From the NCBI GenBank assembly GCA_023334545.1, contig JAADVB010000007.1, forward strand, positions 100,265 through 164,264: a stretch of DNA of 64,000 nt, in the 5' to 3' direction. The stretch is from Salisapilia sapeloensis CBS 127946 (taxonomy: Eukaryota; Protista; Oomycota). The position numbers were made by a program, and so were the translations under genes. Shown one piece after another: positions 47,431 through 57,846 of this stretch. Within the stretch, counting starts at the first letter, position 1; each line of letters begins with the position of its first letter. The notes beneath the pieces are model-generated. The model ran no database searches, was not told where the DNA came from, and saw only the letters and a list, made by a program, of their open reading frames with translations.

Positions 47431-49192
47431 ATGAGACGAAGACAGAGCAGTGGAGACTCCCTTATCGTATCAATTGTCGGTGCTTTGCTCTTCACACTAG
47501 CTATTGTGTATATACAGAACGTCTCTCTACCTCCTGATGCTGTACATGAAGCTCCATTACTACGTCAGGTTCCTACAGAGCCAAGAACGCCAAAACACAT
47601 TCTCAATCATACGACTTCCCCACCAACTTCAGAGCAAAAAGAACGACTAGAATCGATTAGAAATGCTATGCAATTTGCATATAGTAATTACGAGACGTAT
47701 GCATTTGGAGCAGATGAAGTAGGTCCAGTGTCTGGTGGTCGGAAGAGTCATGTGTGGGGCGGTCTGGCCATGACGATGATCGATTCACTTGGTACTTTAT
47801 GGCTCATGGGTTTTCGAGACGAATTCTGGAGAGCTAGAGAATATATTGCTGCGAATTTAACGCTAGACCACTGGAAGAACGAGTCGATGCCTGCTATCTC
47901 TGTCTTTGAGACGACGATACGCGCTGTCGGTGGATTGCTCTCTGCTTACGAATTGTCTGAGGACAGAGTATTTGTCGATAAAGCGCAGATGATCATGGAG
48001 GAGCTATTGCATGCATTTGACATCGAGGCTGGAGTCTTTGCCTCTCGATACAAAACATCCATCCGAGCAGGTTTCTACCCCGCCGAAGCTGGTCTTATGT
48101 ATGCTTTCTATATATCTTTTGTCTGTATTTAGTAACCGATTTGCCATCGTATGGAACAGGGCGGCAATTGCTGACATTGGCACACTGCAGCTGGAGACGA
48201 GACTTTTATCTCACGTCACTGAAGTCCCAAAGTACGCTCAGATGGTACGTCTTCTCACCACAGCTTGTACTTTTACGTGTATGACGTTTAGAGTGGATAG
48301 GGAGAAGCTTTTTATGGTCTCATCCGAAAGCTAGGGTCATATAAAGACACTGGATTGTTTCCATCGCACTACAATCCTCCCTATCGATCTTTTGTGCACC
48401 GTACGAAACTCACATTTGGAGCATATGCTGACTCTTTCTACGAGTACCTGCTCAAAGTGTACGTCTTCAGTGGTCAAAGACCGGAAGACCAATACTTAAA
48501 AGACTTTTATAACGACGCTATTCGTGGTCTCGAGGAAACTCTACTCTTCTACTCTAAGCACGATGAACTATACGTCGTACACGATCTAATCATACCAGAG
48601 ATGAATGTAAGATCCTATGTGCATTTAACACGCGACCACTAGCTAATTAGTCTTGTGTCTATAGGCAGTGCTTCGAATGGAGCACTTGACGTGCTTTGTA
48701 CCTGGGATGCTTGCGTACGGTACAGTCTGGGAACAAAATGAAACCACGAGTACAAAGCACTTGGATCTTGCCAAGAAGATTGCAGACACTTGCTATGAAC
48801 TGTATGTTCGTCAACCGTCCGGCCTTGCTCCTGACGTCGTCACATTTCCACTCATGTACGCATCAAAGACAGAGTATCGTCTACGTCCAGAGATGATGGA
48901 AAGTCTCTTTTATCTCTATCGAGTGACAGGAGACACCAAGTATCGAGACCAAGGATGGGAAATCTTCCAAAGCATAGAAAAACACTGTCGGACGACGTAC
49001 GGATATGGGTCCGTGAAGGACGTGACAACGAAAGAGACACAGGTGGAGGATGTGATGGAGAGCTTCTTTCTCTCCGAGACTCTCAAGTATGCGTATCTAC
49101 TCCAGGCACCAGAGACTCTCCTGCCATTAGACGAATACGTGTTTAACACGGAAGGTCATGTGTTCCGAGTACAAGGAGTAGAGAACAAGTAG
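47431..49192 (+). CDS. GH47 class I alpha-1,2-mannosidase, copy C, 4 exons
   Basis: TM anchor. YAFGADEVGP, DSLGTL, FETTIRAVGGLLSAY, GAYADSFYEYLLK, LRPEMMES, MESFFLSETLKY, FNTEGH. Confidence 0.96.
48884..49149 (+). repeat. 266-bp inverted repeat, arm 2 (inside GH47 copy C)
   Basis: Matches the reverse complement of 45457-45722 at 262/266. Confidence 0.95.
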
Positions 49193-49216
49193 GATAGAGT
49201 ACGTTGTAAATGACTT

Positions 49217-50725
49217 TTATTCCCGATGTAATCTCGCAACGGCCCAACCGAGTAGCCACTTGAGGTCCGTTAGTGCATACTTTAACGCTTTCGTCCAAAC
49301 GGCATCCGTCTGCTGCTGCTTGTACAAGATGCTAACGTGATGGATCTTGGCCTTGTGCACGTCGATCTTGTACGGGAACTTCATCCTCGGCTCTCGTTCC
49401 TCCACCATTTGCACGAGCTGGTTGATGCACGTCAGCCATGCCCACAAGCCGAGGTTAAAATGGCTTTCAGCAAACTTTGACTGGTCATCTCCATGCAACG
49501 TGTACTCCATGCGAACGTCCTTTGTTCGAACGATTTTGGAAAAGTTGCCAAGTGGTATCACTTGATAATCCGTGAATCGAACGTTCATCAAGTCACTCAG
49601 TGTCTGCAGAAGGAAGGCTGTTTCGCCAAATGCAGCATTAATTTCATTCCACTCGACCATTTCGTCCGGACCACTCTTCCCCATTCGAAAGCTGTTGATC
49701 GTTCCAATACTTCCGTCTTGACTAATGACGAAAGCATCCATGAGCATCTGATGTTTCCGGGTTTTCTTTGTCGAATTCGCGATGGAACCAATAGACGCGA
49801 GGGCAGTGTCTCGAAGCTCATTGAAAATATACTCGGAATATTCTTGATGACACTTTTCGTCCCAGAGACTAGCAGATTCCTTCGTTAAAGCTTCTTCGTC
49901 TTGATGAAGCGCTTGCTGTTGAGATCGAAGCTGTGCTCGTTCCTCTTCCATCAGACGTAGGTTTTCCTGTAGTGCCGCTAGCTCCACTTCGTACTATACT
50001 TTATGAGTCAAAGCGTAGAAGTATGGAAGAGAAGGCAGCTTACATGACGTAGCTTTTCAGACAGATCATCGTTAGAAAGGTTGGATGAAGAGGAGCTTCG
50101 AAAGTAATTCGCATACTGCTTCTTCTGCTCTCGTGTCCGTGCTGCTTCCCTAGGTTACCATGGCATCAGGCAATTTAAGTATGTAGAAAGATAGAGCGTA
50201 CGTGTCTAAGATTTCGGACATCTCATCGCAGCAGTACTGGCATGTAGGTGATTTGATCGGTAATCCAGAGCTATTCAGCAAAGGAGAGTGGATGATATGG
50301 AGTCGACTATATGGTATGAGATATGGAAGCGTACCAGTGCGCATGCTGAGTAGTGAGCTTTTGAATATGATGACTGAGGTCTGCATATTTAAACGCTTGC
50401 ATGCCGTCCTTCCGATGTTCCTTCTCTTCCTCAAAAAGTGCTTTGTTAATTTTCATTCTGTCTGGCTGAGAGTCACTGCCATGCAGCATGGAGGACGTGG
50501 CTGACTGGAATGGGTTGTATTCGCCGGAATGTGAATACGAGGACGTCATGGTTAAAAGCACGAACGATTCATCCATATTTGCAGCTATATCACACATAAA
50601 TACTTTGCATATGACTGAAACATTGATGCAATAGATAGAGCCATACTCGACGATTGCTGGGACGCCTGAGCTGTCGTCAGTGGCTTATCGCATTGGGCAC
50701 ATTTGCCATTCCCTGAGCGAGGCAT
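49217..50725 (-). CDS. BECN1: Beclin-1/Atg6/Vps30, spliced
   Basis: N-terminal CAQCDKPL, DESFVLL, PTCQYC, coiled coil, FVISQDGSIGTINSFRMG..VEWNEINAAFGETAFLL, WTKALKYALTDLKWLL. Confidence 0.92.
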
Positions 50726-50861
50726 ATCGTTCTTCCTATACTGAAAACCTGTTCAAGGTCATTTCCAAGGGATGCAGTTTAGTGATCATGTCCGTAAAAT
50801 TAGCTGTTAACTCAACTTCAATAAAACTTCAATAATAAACCACTTAACATTTGAAGATCAT

Positions 50862-53800
50862 TTATGACTGCTCCAGTTCATTTATCTCTCGCATCCGATG
50901 CGCTAATGTCTGTCTCTTCTGCGACAATTTAGCTTTGAGAGTTGCTGCTGATTTCTCTTTGATCTCGTCTCTCGTTCGCACTTGCGTGTATTCAGTTGAT
51001 CGTTTTCGAAAGTCTTCTTCGTTTGCATCACCTTTGGATTGCGGAACGGAGGTTGTATAAGCACCGACTGGTGGAACGGTTCCTCGATCGAAGTTTCGTT
51101 CCTTCTCTTTCGGATTGCGTTCCGTTGCGTTTAAGTTATAAATTGAAGCACGCTTCTGTCTAACTAGACGTGTTGATAACAACTTGCTATCGACGGCATC
51201 TTGAAGACGTAGTCGAGCTCGTTTTGTATTAGTCTCTTGCAATGAGAACTCAGCGTCTGGATCAGATCGTCCGCCTTCAATTGCATCTACCATAGCTATC
51301 ACTCGATCTTGACAAATCTGCAACAACGCAATCATATCCTTTGGTGGCAGCATCTCGAATTCAGTACTCAACGAGCTACCTGTATCCAAGGCTTGAGGAA
51401 TTGGCCAAAGTCGAGCGGCTGGAATTACATTTTCAAAAGGACAGTGAGTAGATGTGATCCCAAGTACCTGTACGATCCGACATGCACCAGCAATGATTTC
51501 TTTCGAATTTGCAAAAATAATTCCTTGTGCCCGGTCGACTCGAGCCAACTCCAACTCCGCCTCGCGCACTTTTTCTTCCAACGAACGAGGATCCTCTGTT
51601 GCTATCACGTTGTTGGATAGCTTTAATGCATGCAGTTGTTGCTCTAACTCCGTTTTATGAATCTTTATTTGCTTCAGTCTAGCTTCATACACTTTAGCTT
51701 GTTCCTCAAAGCTTTCATTGAGCTCATCTCTATTCTGTAGCATCTGTAAGATGGATTCGAGCTTCGGAACACCAGTTGCGATTTGAATCTTGTCACAAAC
51801 AGCTTGGCATTGCTGGATGGCAACCTTGGCAACGATTGACCTGGTTGCCTCGTTGGATTTACTTTTCTTGACGGACGTCAGAGCAGAGTCCACGTCGTTT
51901 TCAGGTCGCTTTCGGACGACTAACTGGACGTTATCGATCATATCTAATCGCTCTTGGAACTGCTGATCGGCAGCGGTCGATACGTATTTCATCTTGTCCC
52001 GAGCTTTTTCCAACTTTCCAACAACCGTTCCAACCAATTTTTTGTTCTTACCAACTGCCTGTCGTAGTGCCGGTACTTCCTTTGATTGCAAATGTTCTCG
52101 CTTGACTTGAAGTGCCTTACGTTCTTCTATCAGATCTCGTTGCTTCATCTGAAAAAGTTTCAACTGCTTTTTAATGCTATCAAAGTGCTCTGGCTCACAT
52201 GCCGGATAGACTTCACAGCTTTGCAACAACTTCGAGTATCCTTTTTGCTGCTTATCAATGTTCTGAACCATCCGATCCACTTTTTCCATACGAATGGTCA
52301 TCTCAGAGATAGCATGCTGAGCCATCTCCCGATCTCGAGATGCAGATGTGTAATGCTGTTCCATCTCTCTCAGCTTGGCCTTGAGAGACTTTAGGTGTGC
52401 CTGTTTCTTCTGCATCTCTTGACGGACATTGTCGTACATCACCTGCAATTTCAACATTACCTGGTGGCTGTAAGATTTTTTCAGCTCTGACTCCGTTTGT
52501 GGATAGTCTTGAAAATGTGCCGGAAGTCCATATGCATTTGTTGCCGTAAGACCGGTGAAAGCAGTTGAGCATAATTCTTTTTGTACGCTATTCTTTGGGT
52601 TACATAGTGCCTTTGATATCTCTAGTTCATCTTCTTTGTCTCGACTGCTTTGTATGGCTGTTAGTACTGGCTGTGAAAGACTCTCGCCCAAGGCCGGTAG
52701 TATGGTATTCGACGGTGTAGCAGATGCCAACGCTTTTGCTGATGAAGATAGCACATTCTTAACGGCAGTGAAAGTGGCTTTGCGCATGAAACCTTGATCA
52801 GGCGATATGAGGAACTCAGTTGGTAAAATGGATGAAGGTGTGGTGGATAGATGGACACTTGTGTTTTGAATAGATGCGAGCTTTCCTGGTGTCATCATTG
52901 CTTTCTGTTTAATATCCATTGTTTGCTTCGTTGTCGCTCTTGATCGTGCTTCCCAGTATTTATGGCTAGTGCGTGAAGACTGTATGCTTGCATTTTGATG
53001 CGATTCTGTAAATGGCCTTGGCATCATACTCGAACATAAGTGTCCAGAGTCTTCACTGTTGCCAAAGTTGTTATTTCCATTCGTCATTTGCGTGCTTCCA
53101 CCAATAGGTGGTAATCCACGCCACTCCCCTGCTGCTCCACCATTATATATTTGACTCGACGGAAACACGTTATTAGGACTAACAAAGGGCTCTCGAATCG
53201 AAATTTCTCGGCCAACTGCCAACCAAGGAATGTTAATCCACACCCAGCGCTGATAGCAATAGTACCAATTGCCATGCGCCTCTTTGCTTTTGATGTGCTT
53301 GTTTAGCGTCGCAAAGGAGTCAAAACAACTGCTTAGAGATATAACGAGACTGGAAGCGGATGCCTCTGGAGCAGAAGCTAAATTGGAACTGCTTGCGTTG
53401 CTATTTCCTTTTTCTTCGCTGCTAGTTCGAACGGACGGAATTACACTCGTTCCCGAGGACTGTAAATGAGGTAAGTAGTCAACAAACTTATATCCGTCTT
53501 TATGGTACTGCGTCAAATCCAGCGGTGCATGCGAAAACGGCGGGAGATATCCTTGATAGTAGGCACAAAATTCATACATGAATTTCGACACAAGCTCGAT
53601 CGTGGCAGTAAAAGTCTTTTTCCTAGGGCGTACGCTTTTATACCATTCCTCGATGCTTTTACTATACTCTTTGACAATGTCGAAAGGAATCATGTAGGTT
53701 GGTGCGATAGACGTTTCGGGCTTGTCAAGCGAGTAGATGTAAAGTGGTCCAGCTGACAATAGTTTCCAATACCCGAACAGCTCATTCTTGTAGTCTGGCG

Positions 53801-55946
53801 TGTATAATAGTTGGAACATTGGAAGATTGGTAAGAACGTTTCGAAGTGCAGTCCATTGATAACATCGACGAAGGTGCCATGGGAGCTCCTCGACTCGTCG
53901 AAATGTTGTCGGATGGGATTTAAAGAAGCGTATAAGCCAATGATGATACTTTTGTTGCACGCGCTCGGTGCCGATGTACCGCCACCAAATGACTTCGCGA
54001 AGACTTTCTTTGCATACAGGAATGGCGACAACATCGTGTACAAATAGTACGCCAAGAGGTTTAAATGCTCTTAAAAGCGCTTGCCATTCAGTTTCTGTAA
54101 ATGCAGACAGCATATCACCTCCATTTGGGTTATTTTTGTCGTAAGTCGATTTCTTACGTCGATTTCTTTCGCCCAGACCTTCCTTTTCTTCGCTAATGAT
54201 AGCGTTAAGGATATATCGTAGTTCATTTACTAGCAATCCTTGTCTGCACACATGTAGAAGACAGAGAGCTGGCTTTAAAAGTTTGCCCATCGATGGGACA
54301 TAGCTACCACCAGTAAAGTACTCTGGTATTTTATCTCCGCTAAGAACGAATGACAAGGCGTCATCTTTGTGTCGTCCTAATCGTCGGTCATTTGTGTTCC
54401 AAGCTCTGGGCTTTCTTTTGTCTTGACTAAGCGAACTTCCTTCGGACGGATAAGCTTCATCGGTATTTCCTACTTTACTGCCATTAGCAGCTCCCTGGTG
54501 ATCTCGACTCGTGCTAATGTACACTTCCCTTGTATCTCGACCAGGGGTGCTTTTGAGTATATTCGCACCTTCTTCGGCACTCGTTCCTTGACTCGTATGA
54601 GTAGACAACTTGTCAACGGGCTCAAAAGTAAACTGGGAGATACCCGTCGAAGCCTGCGGCTCATCGTACTGATTCGCCATTTCACTTAAAAAGGTCAAGT
54701 CAAGCGTGTTGTCTTGCCCGGCGCTGCTCGCACGTCTTACTTGTGCACTTACTTGTTCCTCGCCTACAATTAAGCTTGATCTTCTCCTGCTTCGACTTGT
54801 CACCATTCCATTCTGTTCAGCAATAAACTGCTTGGCATCCTCAGCGTCCTGACGCGATGGTTTAAACCCTGACTCCATTGATCTCAGAATAGATTCGAGA
54901 AGCTGACTGAGGCTGTCGGCACTTAACCAGTTTTCAAAAACCTTGTGCACGTCGAATCCTTCACCAACTGCCCATGCAAGGCAAGATAGGAAGCATTCAA
55001 GAAATTGCGGGTTCGAACTAAGAGGAATGCTTACAATCGCCTTTTGCTGTAGCTGAACCAACTGTAGCTTTAGTCCTTTGGAAGTGACTGGAGAAGTTGG
55101 GTTAGATGATAAGTCAGATGCAGATCGTGTTAGGCTCATACAAGAAAGCTGGCACTTCTCTAGAAACCTACTCACGACTTTCTCTCGCTCGTCTGGGGCC
55201 ATAAGATCTAGCTGTACCATGATCCAGTTACGACGAATCGCTTCCAGCTTAATCCGTTCAATCAGTTGCGTACTAACGTACGGGTGATGATCAAACCCTG
55301 CCACAGCTTTAAAAGCATTGCTCTCCGAGGTTTCTAATGCCGTTCGTGTACGACGAAAATCCGGGTATTTTGTTGTGACGGTGAATATTAGACGGACATT
55401 GGGCGGAAAGATGATCGGAACCCACTTTAAAATGCTTTCACCGTCATTTGTACGTAACCTCTGAAGCCCATCAATGATAATAATCACGCGACCTTTTCTA
55501 GATGCAGCATCGAGAAACTTGGGGAATTGCCAGCTTAAGCGTTCTTCGACATCCGGAATTTCTTTATTTAGCTCAAAGTAGTCTTTCATCTCATGTAATA
55601 ACCGGTTCAGTACGTTGGACACCATACAAGATGCGCGCGAGCAACCAACGACATGATAAAAGATAAATTCAGGAAATGCTGTTTGCCAATTTTGAAACAA
55701 TTTCTTCCGACGTGTGATCCAGTTGGCTAGGAAAGCGCTTTTTCCAACGCCACATTCTCCCAGGAGTACGATCGGGCCTTTAGGCTGGTGCATGGCATCG
55801 ACATCACAAAAGTCATCAAGTTCCTTTGTGAGATGAGTGTTTTCGACGTAAACAAAGTCGGCTAGATTCTGCCGACTACGCATGAACGCATGATGGAAGG
55901 AGCTTTCAAGGTTTGATATCGAGTCGAGGCATGCTGGATTCGACAT
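50862..55946 (-). CDS. Large NACHT-like (TEP1/NWD/NPHP3-type) P-loop NTPase with C-terminal coiled coil
   Basis: Intronless about 1690 aa ORF. Walker A GECGVGKS, Walker B VIIIIDGLQRL, WVPIIFPPNVRLIFT, RRVEELPWHL. C-terminal heptad-rich region. Confidence 0.85.
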   Translation of the reverse strand: MSNPACLDSISNLESSFHHAFMRSRQNLADFVYVENTHLTKELDDFCDVDAMHQPKGPIVLLGECGVGKSAFLANWITRRKKLFQNWQTAFPEFIFYHVVGCSRASCMVSNVLNRLLHEMKDYFELNKEIPDVEERLSWQFPKFLDAASRKGRVIIIIDGLQRLRTNDGESILKWVPIIFPPNVRLIFTVTTKYPDFRRTRTALETSESNAFKAVAGFDHHPYVSTQLIERIKLEAIRRNWIMVQLDLMAPDEREKVVSRFLEKCQLSCMSLTRSASDLSSNPTSPVTSKGLKLQLVQLQQKAIVSIPLSSNPQFLECFLSCLAWAVGEGFDVHKVFENWLSADSLSQLLESILRSMESGFKPSRQDAEDAKQFIAEQNGMVTSRSRRRSSLIVGEEQVSAQVRRASSAGQDNTLDLTFLSEMANQYDEPQASTGISQFTFEPVDKLSTHTSQGTSAEEGANILKSTPGRDTREVYISTSRDHQGAANGSKVGNTDEAYPSEGSSLSQDKRKPRAWNTNDRRLGRHKDDALSFVLSGDKIPEYFTGGSYVPSMGKLLKPALCLLHVCRQGLLVNELRYILNAIISEEKEGLGERNRRKKSTYDKNNPNGGDMLSAFTETEWQALLRAFKPLGVLFVHDVVAIPVCKESLREVIWWRYIGTERVQQKYHHWLIRFFKSHPTTFRRVEELPWHLRRCYQWTALRNVLTNLPMFQLLYTPDYKNELFGYWKLLSAGPLYIYSLDKPETSIAPTYMIPFDIVKEYSKSIEEWYKSVRPRKKTFTATIELVSKFMYEFCAYYQGYLPPFSHAPLDLTQYHKDGYKFVDYLPHLQSSGTSVIPSVRTSSEEKGNSNASSSNLASAPEASASSLVISLSSCFDSFATLNKHIKSKEAHGNWYYCYQRWVWINIPWLAVGREISIREPFVSPNNVFPSSQIYNGGAAGEWRGLPPIGGSTQMTNGNNNFGNSEDSGHLCSSMMPRPFTESHQNASIQSSRTSHKYWEARSRATTKQTMDIKQKAMMTPGKLASIQNTSVHLSTTPSSILPTEFLISPDQGFMRKATFTAVKNVLSSSAKALASATPSNTILPALGESLSQPVLTAIQSSRDKEDELEISKALCNPKNSVQKELCSTAFTGLTATNAYGLPAHFQDYPQTESELKKSYSHQVMLKLQVMYDNVRQEMQKKQAHLKSLKAKLREMEQHYTSASRDREMAQHAISEMTIRMEKVDRMVQNIDKQQKGYSKLLQSCEVYPACEPEHFDSIKKQLKLFQMKQRDLIEERKALQVKREHLQSKEVPALRQAVGKNKKLVGTVVGKLEKARDKMKYVSTAADQQFQERLDMIDNVQLVVRKRPENDVDSALTSVKKSKSNEATRSIVAKVAIQQCQAVCDKIQIATGVPKLESILQMLQNRDELNESFEEQAKVYEARLKQIKIHKTELEQQLHALKLSNNVIATEDPRSLEEKVREAELELARVDRAQGIIFANSKEIIAGACRIVQVLGITSTHCPFENVIPAARLWPIPQALDTGSSLSTEFEMLPPKDMIALLQICQDRVIAMVDAIEGGRSDPDAEFSLQETNTKRARLRLQDAVDSKLLSTRLVRQKRASIYNLNATERNPKEKERNFDRGTVPPVGAYTTSVPQSKGDANEEDFRKRSTEYTQVRTRDEIKEKSAATLKAKLSQKRQTLAHRMREINELEQS

Positions 55947-56059
55947 TTTCGTCGAGAGGTGAAGTATTTCTTTTGTCGAGTTTACAAAAATAACTTTCGT
56001 AGTCAGAAACGAATTGCTAGGTATGTCCTGGAAGCTCCTGCTCAACATTTATCTCACTT

Positions 56060-56512
56060 TTATCGTGCTACGATTTCCTTGATCATGTAGCATTGGTAGA
56101 TACCATCTAGAAAGTAGATATTGCCTTCCTGGTGATATCCCATCCCGTCGTAAAAGCTCATCTTTTCTTTCACGGCCGATAGAAGGAACGAATCCACCTG
56201 CGGGCCTACTTGCTCCTCCATGAAGCGCACGATTTGGGTGCCGTAGCCTTTGCCTCGATACGCCGGTAGAACAGCGACACGACCAAGTCGGGCTTGACGC
56301 TTGACAGGATCTACAAGTGCTCTGCTTACTGCCACAATCTCATTCGAGTCGGTATCTCTTCCGATGAAATGCACAGTCGTAGGCTTGTCATCTTCCGCGT
56401 CGAACTCAACCTCGTCGCCAAAGCCCATGCCGACGGCAAAGATTTCGCTACGAATGGCTCGAGCTCCTTGCCATTCCTCTTCCGTTTCTACGACTTTAAA
56501 CTTGGCTGGCAT
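56060..56512 (-). CDS. GNAT acetyltransferase, YjcF/ElaA-like, copy 1
   Basis: IRSEIF...EFDAED...ARLGRVAVLPAYRGKGYG...SFYDGMGY. Intronless. Confidence 0.9.
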   Translation of the reverse strand: MPAKFKVVETEEEWQGARAIRSEIFAVGMGFGDEVEFDAEDDKPTTVHFIGRDTDSNEIVAVSRALVDPVKRQARLGRVAVLPAYRGKGYGTQIVRFMEEQVGPQVDSFLLSAVKEKMSFYDGMGYHQEGNIYFLDGIYQCYMIKEIVAR

Positions 56513-56732
56513 TGCGGATACAAAAGTGTTGAATGACTTGTGAGTGTCAGGTAAAGGACGTGCAGAGTTGCTCACAATCGTATCTCGTCCACGTGTACAT
56601 GAGCACGTGGCCGTGTGACCTTTCAAGATGTCGTAATGGAGATAATGGTGCTAATTGAACGAGTGCATGTCGTATCTGGCAAAGACAAAGGATCACATAT
56701 CATGCAGATTTCTAAGTACAAGCTACTTGTAT

Positions 56733-57182
56733 TTATCGTATCTGCTTAATCATCATGCAATGCGGTACACCTTCGTCAAGGTACGTTTCATCATTCAGCC
56801 GCTTGTATCCGCATTTTTCGTAGAAGCCTTGCTTATCGCATTGAGCAGAGAGTGCAAACGAGTCCACCTCATTCTGAATCGCGTTCTCGATCTTTTGCAT
56901 AAGTATCTTTCCGAACTGCTTGCCTCGGCATTCGGACAGGACAGCGATTCGACCCAATTTCGCACTCTTCTTCTCCGAGTCTATCATCACTCTAGCCACC
57001 GCGACGTATTTATCTTCCGCGACGTCCTTGCCAATAAAGTGTCGCGTCGTCGACTTGGTGTCGTATTCATCAAACTCCAAGTCACCAGGGTAGCCTTGTT
57101 CTTCTACGAAAACTTTGTTTCTCACTTGCACCGCGACCCCCCAGTGCTCGCCCGTTTCGACTTGATGCACGTGTAGTGACAT
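56733..57182 (-). CDS. GNAT acetyltransferase, YjcF/ElaA-like, copy 2
   Basis: VRNKVFVEEQG...EFDEYD...AKLGRIAVLSECRGKQFG...LSAQ...FYEKCGY...YLDEGVPHCMM. Intronless. Confidence 0.93.
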   Translation of the reverse strand: MSLHVHQVETGEHWGVAVQVRNKVFVEEQGYPGDLEFDEYDTKSTTRHFIGKDVAEDKYVAVARVMIDSEKKSAKLGRIAVLSECRGKQFGKILMQKIENAIQNEVDSFALSAQCDKQGFYEKCGYKRLNDETYLDEGVPHCMMIKQIR

Positions 57183-57846
57183 GGCTTGGACAGATACTGG
57201 CTGCTTTCAAAGTCAATTGCTGAAATGATGAATCTCGAGCTGCCAGTGGTACAACTCATCTCATCCGTCCGCCATCACATCATCAATCTTAAAGAGAAGT
57301 TTGACTCCGTAATGTTCCAACCATAGACTGGGTACACTAGCAGCGCACCCTAATTCCTTTCTTTTCAGGAGTAAATGAAAGATCTCCTAAGCCTCTGGAG
57401 CTTCTTGTCTTCATATGTAATGTGGTCTTTCTTGGAGCTAGCTCAATAGTCACAATGGCCACAATGTCATCTAGATTACCATACCTTATTCCTGCATGTA
57501 CCCGACGCGTGAGGAATGCAGTCCATGTCGATTAGGCTACCAAGTAAAGCTGTGCAGACAACCTTTTCAAAGATATCCACCCGTTTCGCTCCGGCTATGC
57601 GTTCTTTGGAAAGCTGCAGCAAGACGCTTGGAAAGATAGAAAGTTTTATCATGATGTAGAATGGAATAATGAAGCGAATAGCCGCCTGATTGTAATGGGA
57701 TGCTATGAACGTTATACTGTGTTTATAATGCTTTTACGATGAACAACCGACTCTTTATGGCGTGCTATAACCCACCTACGCCGAGTCCAGAGAGAGAGAG
57801 ATCTCACTTTCCATTTGAGTATTTGCGAGCACACTAGGAATTCGGC

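Noticed and set aside
57183-57846. Possible fourth, decayed GNAT copy upstream of copy 2
   Set aside because: Manual translation of part of the minus strand showed no GNAT motifs.
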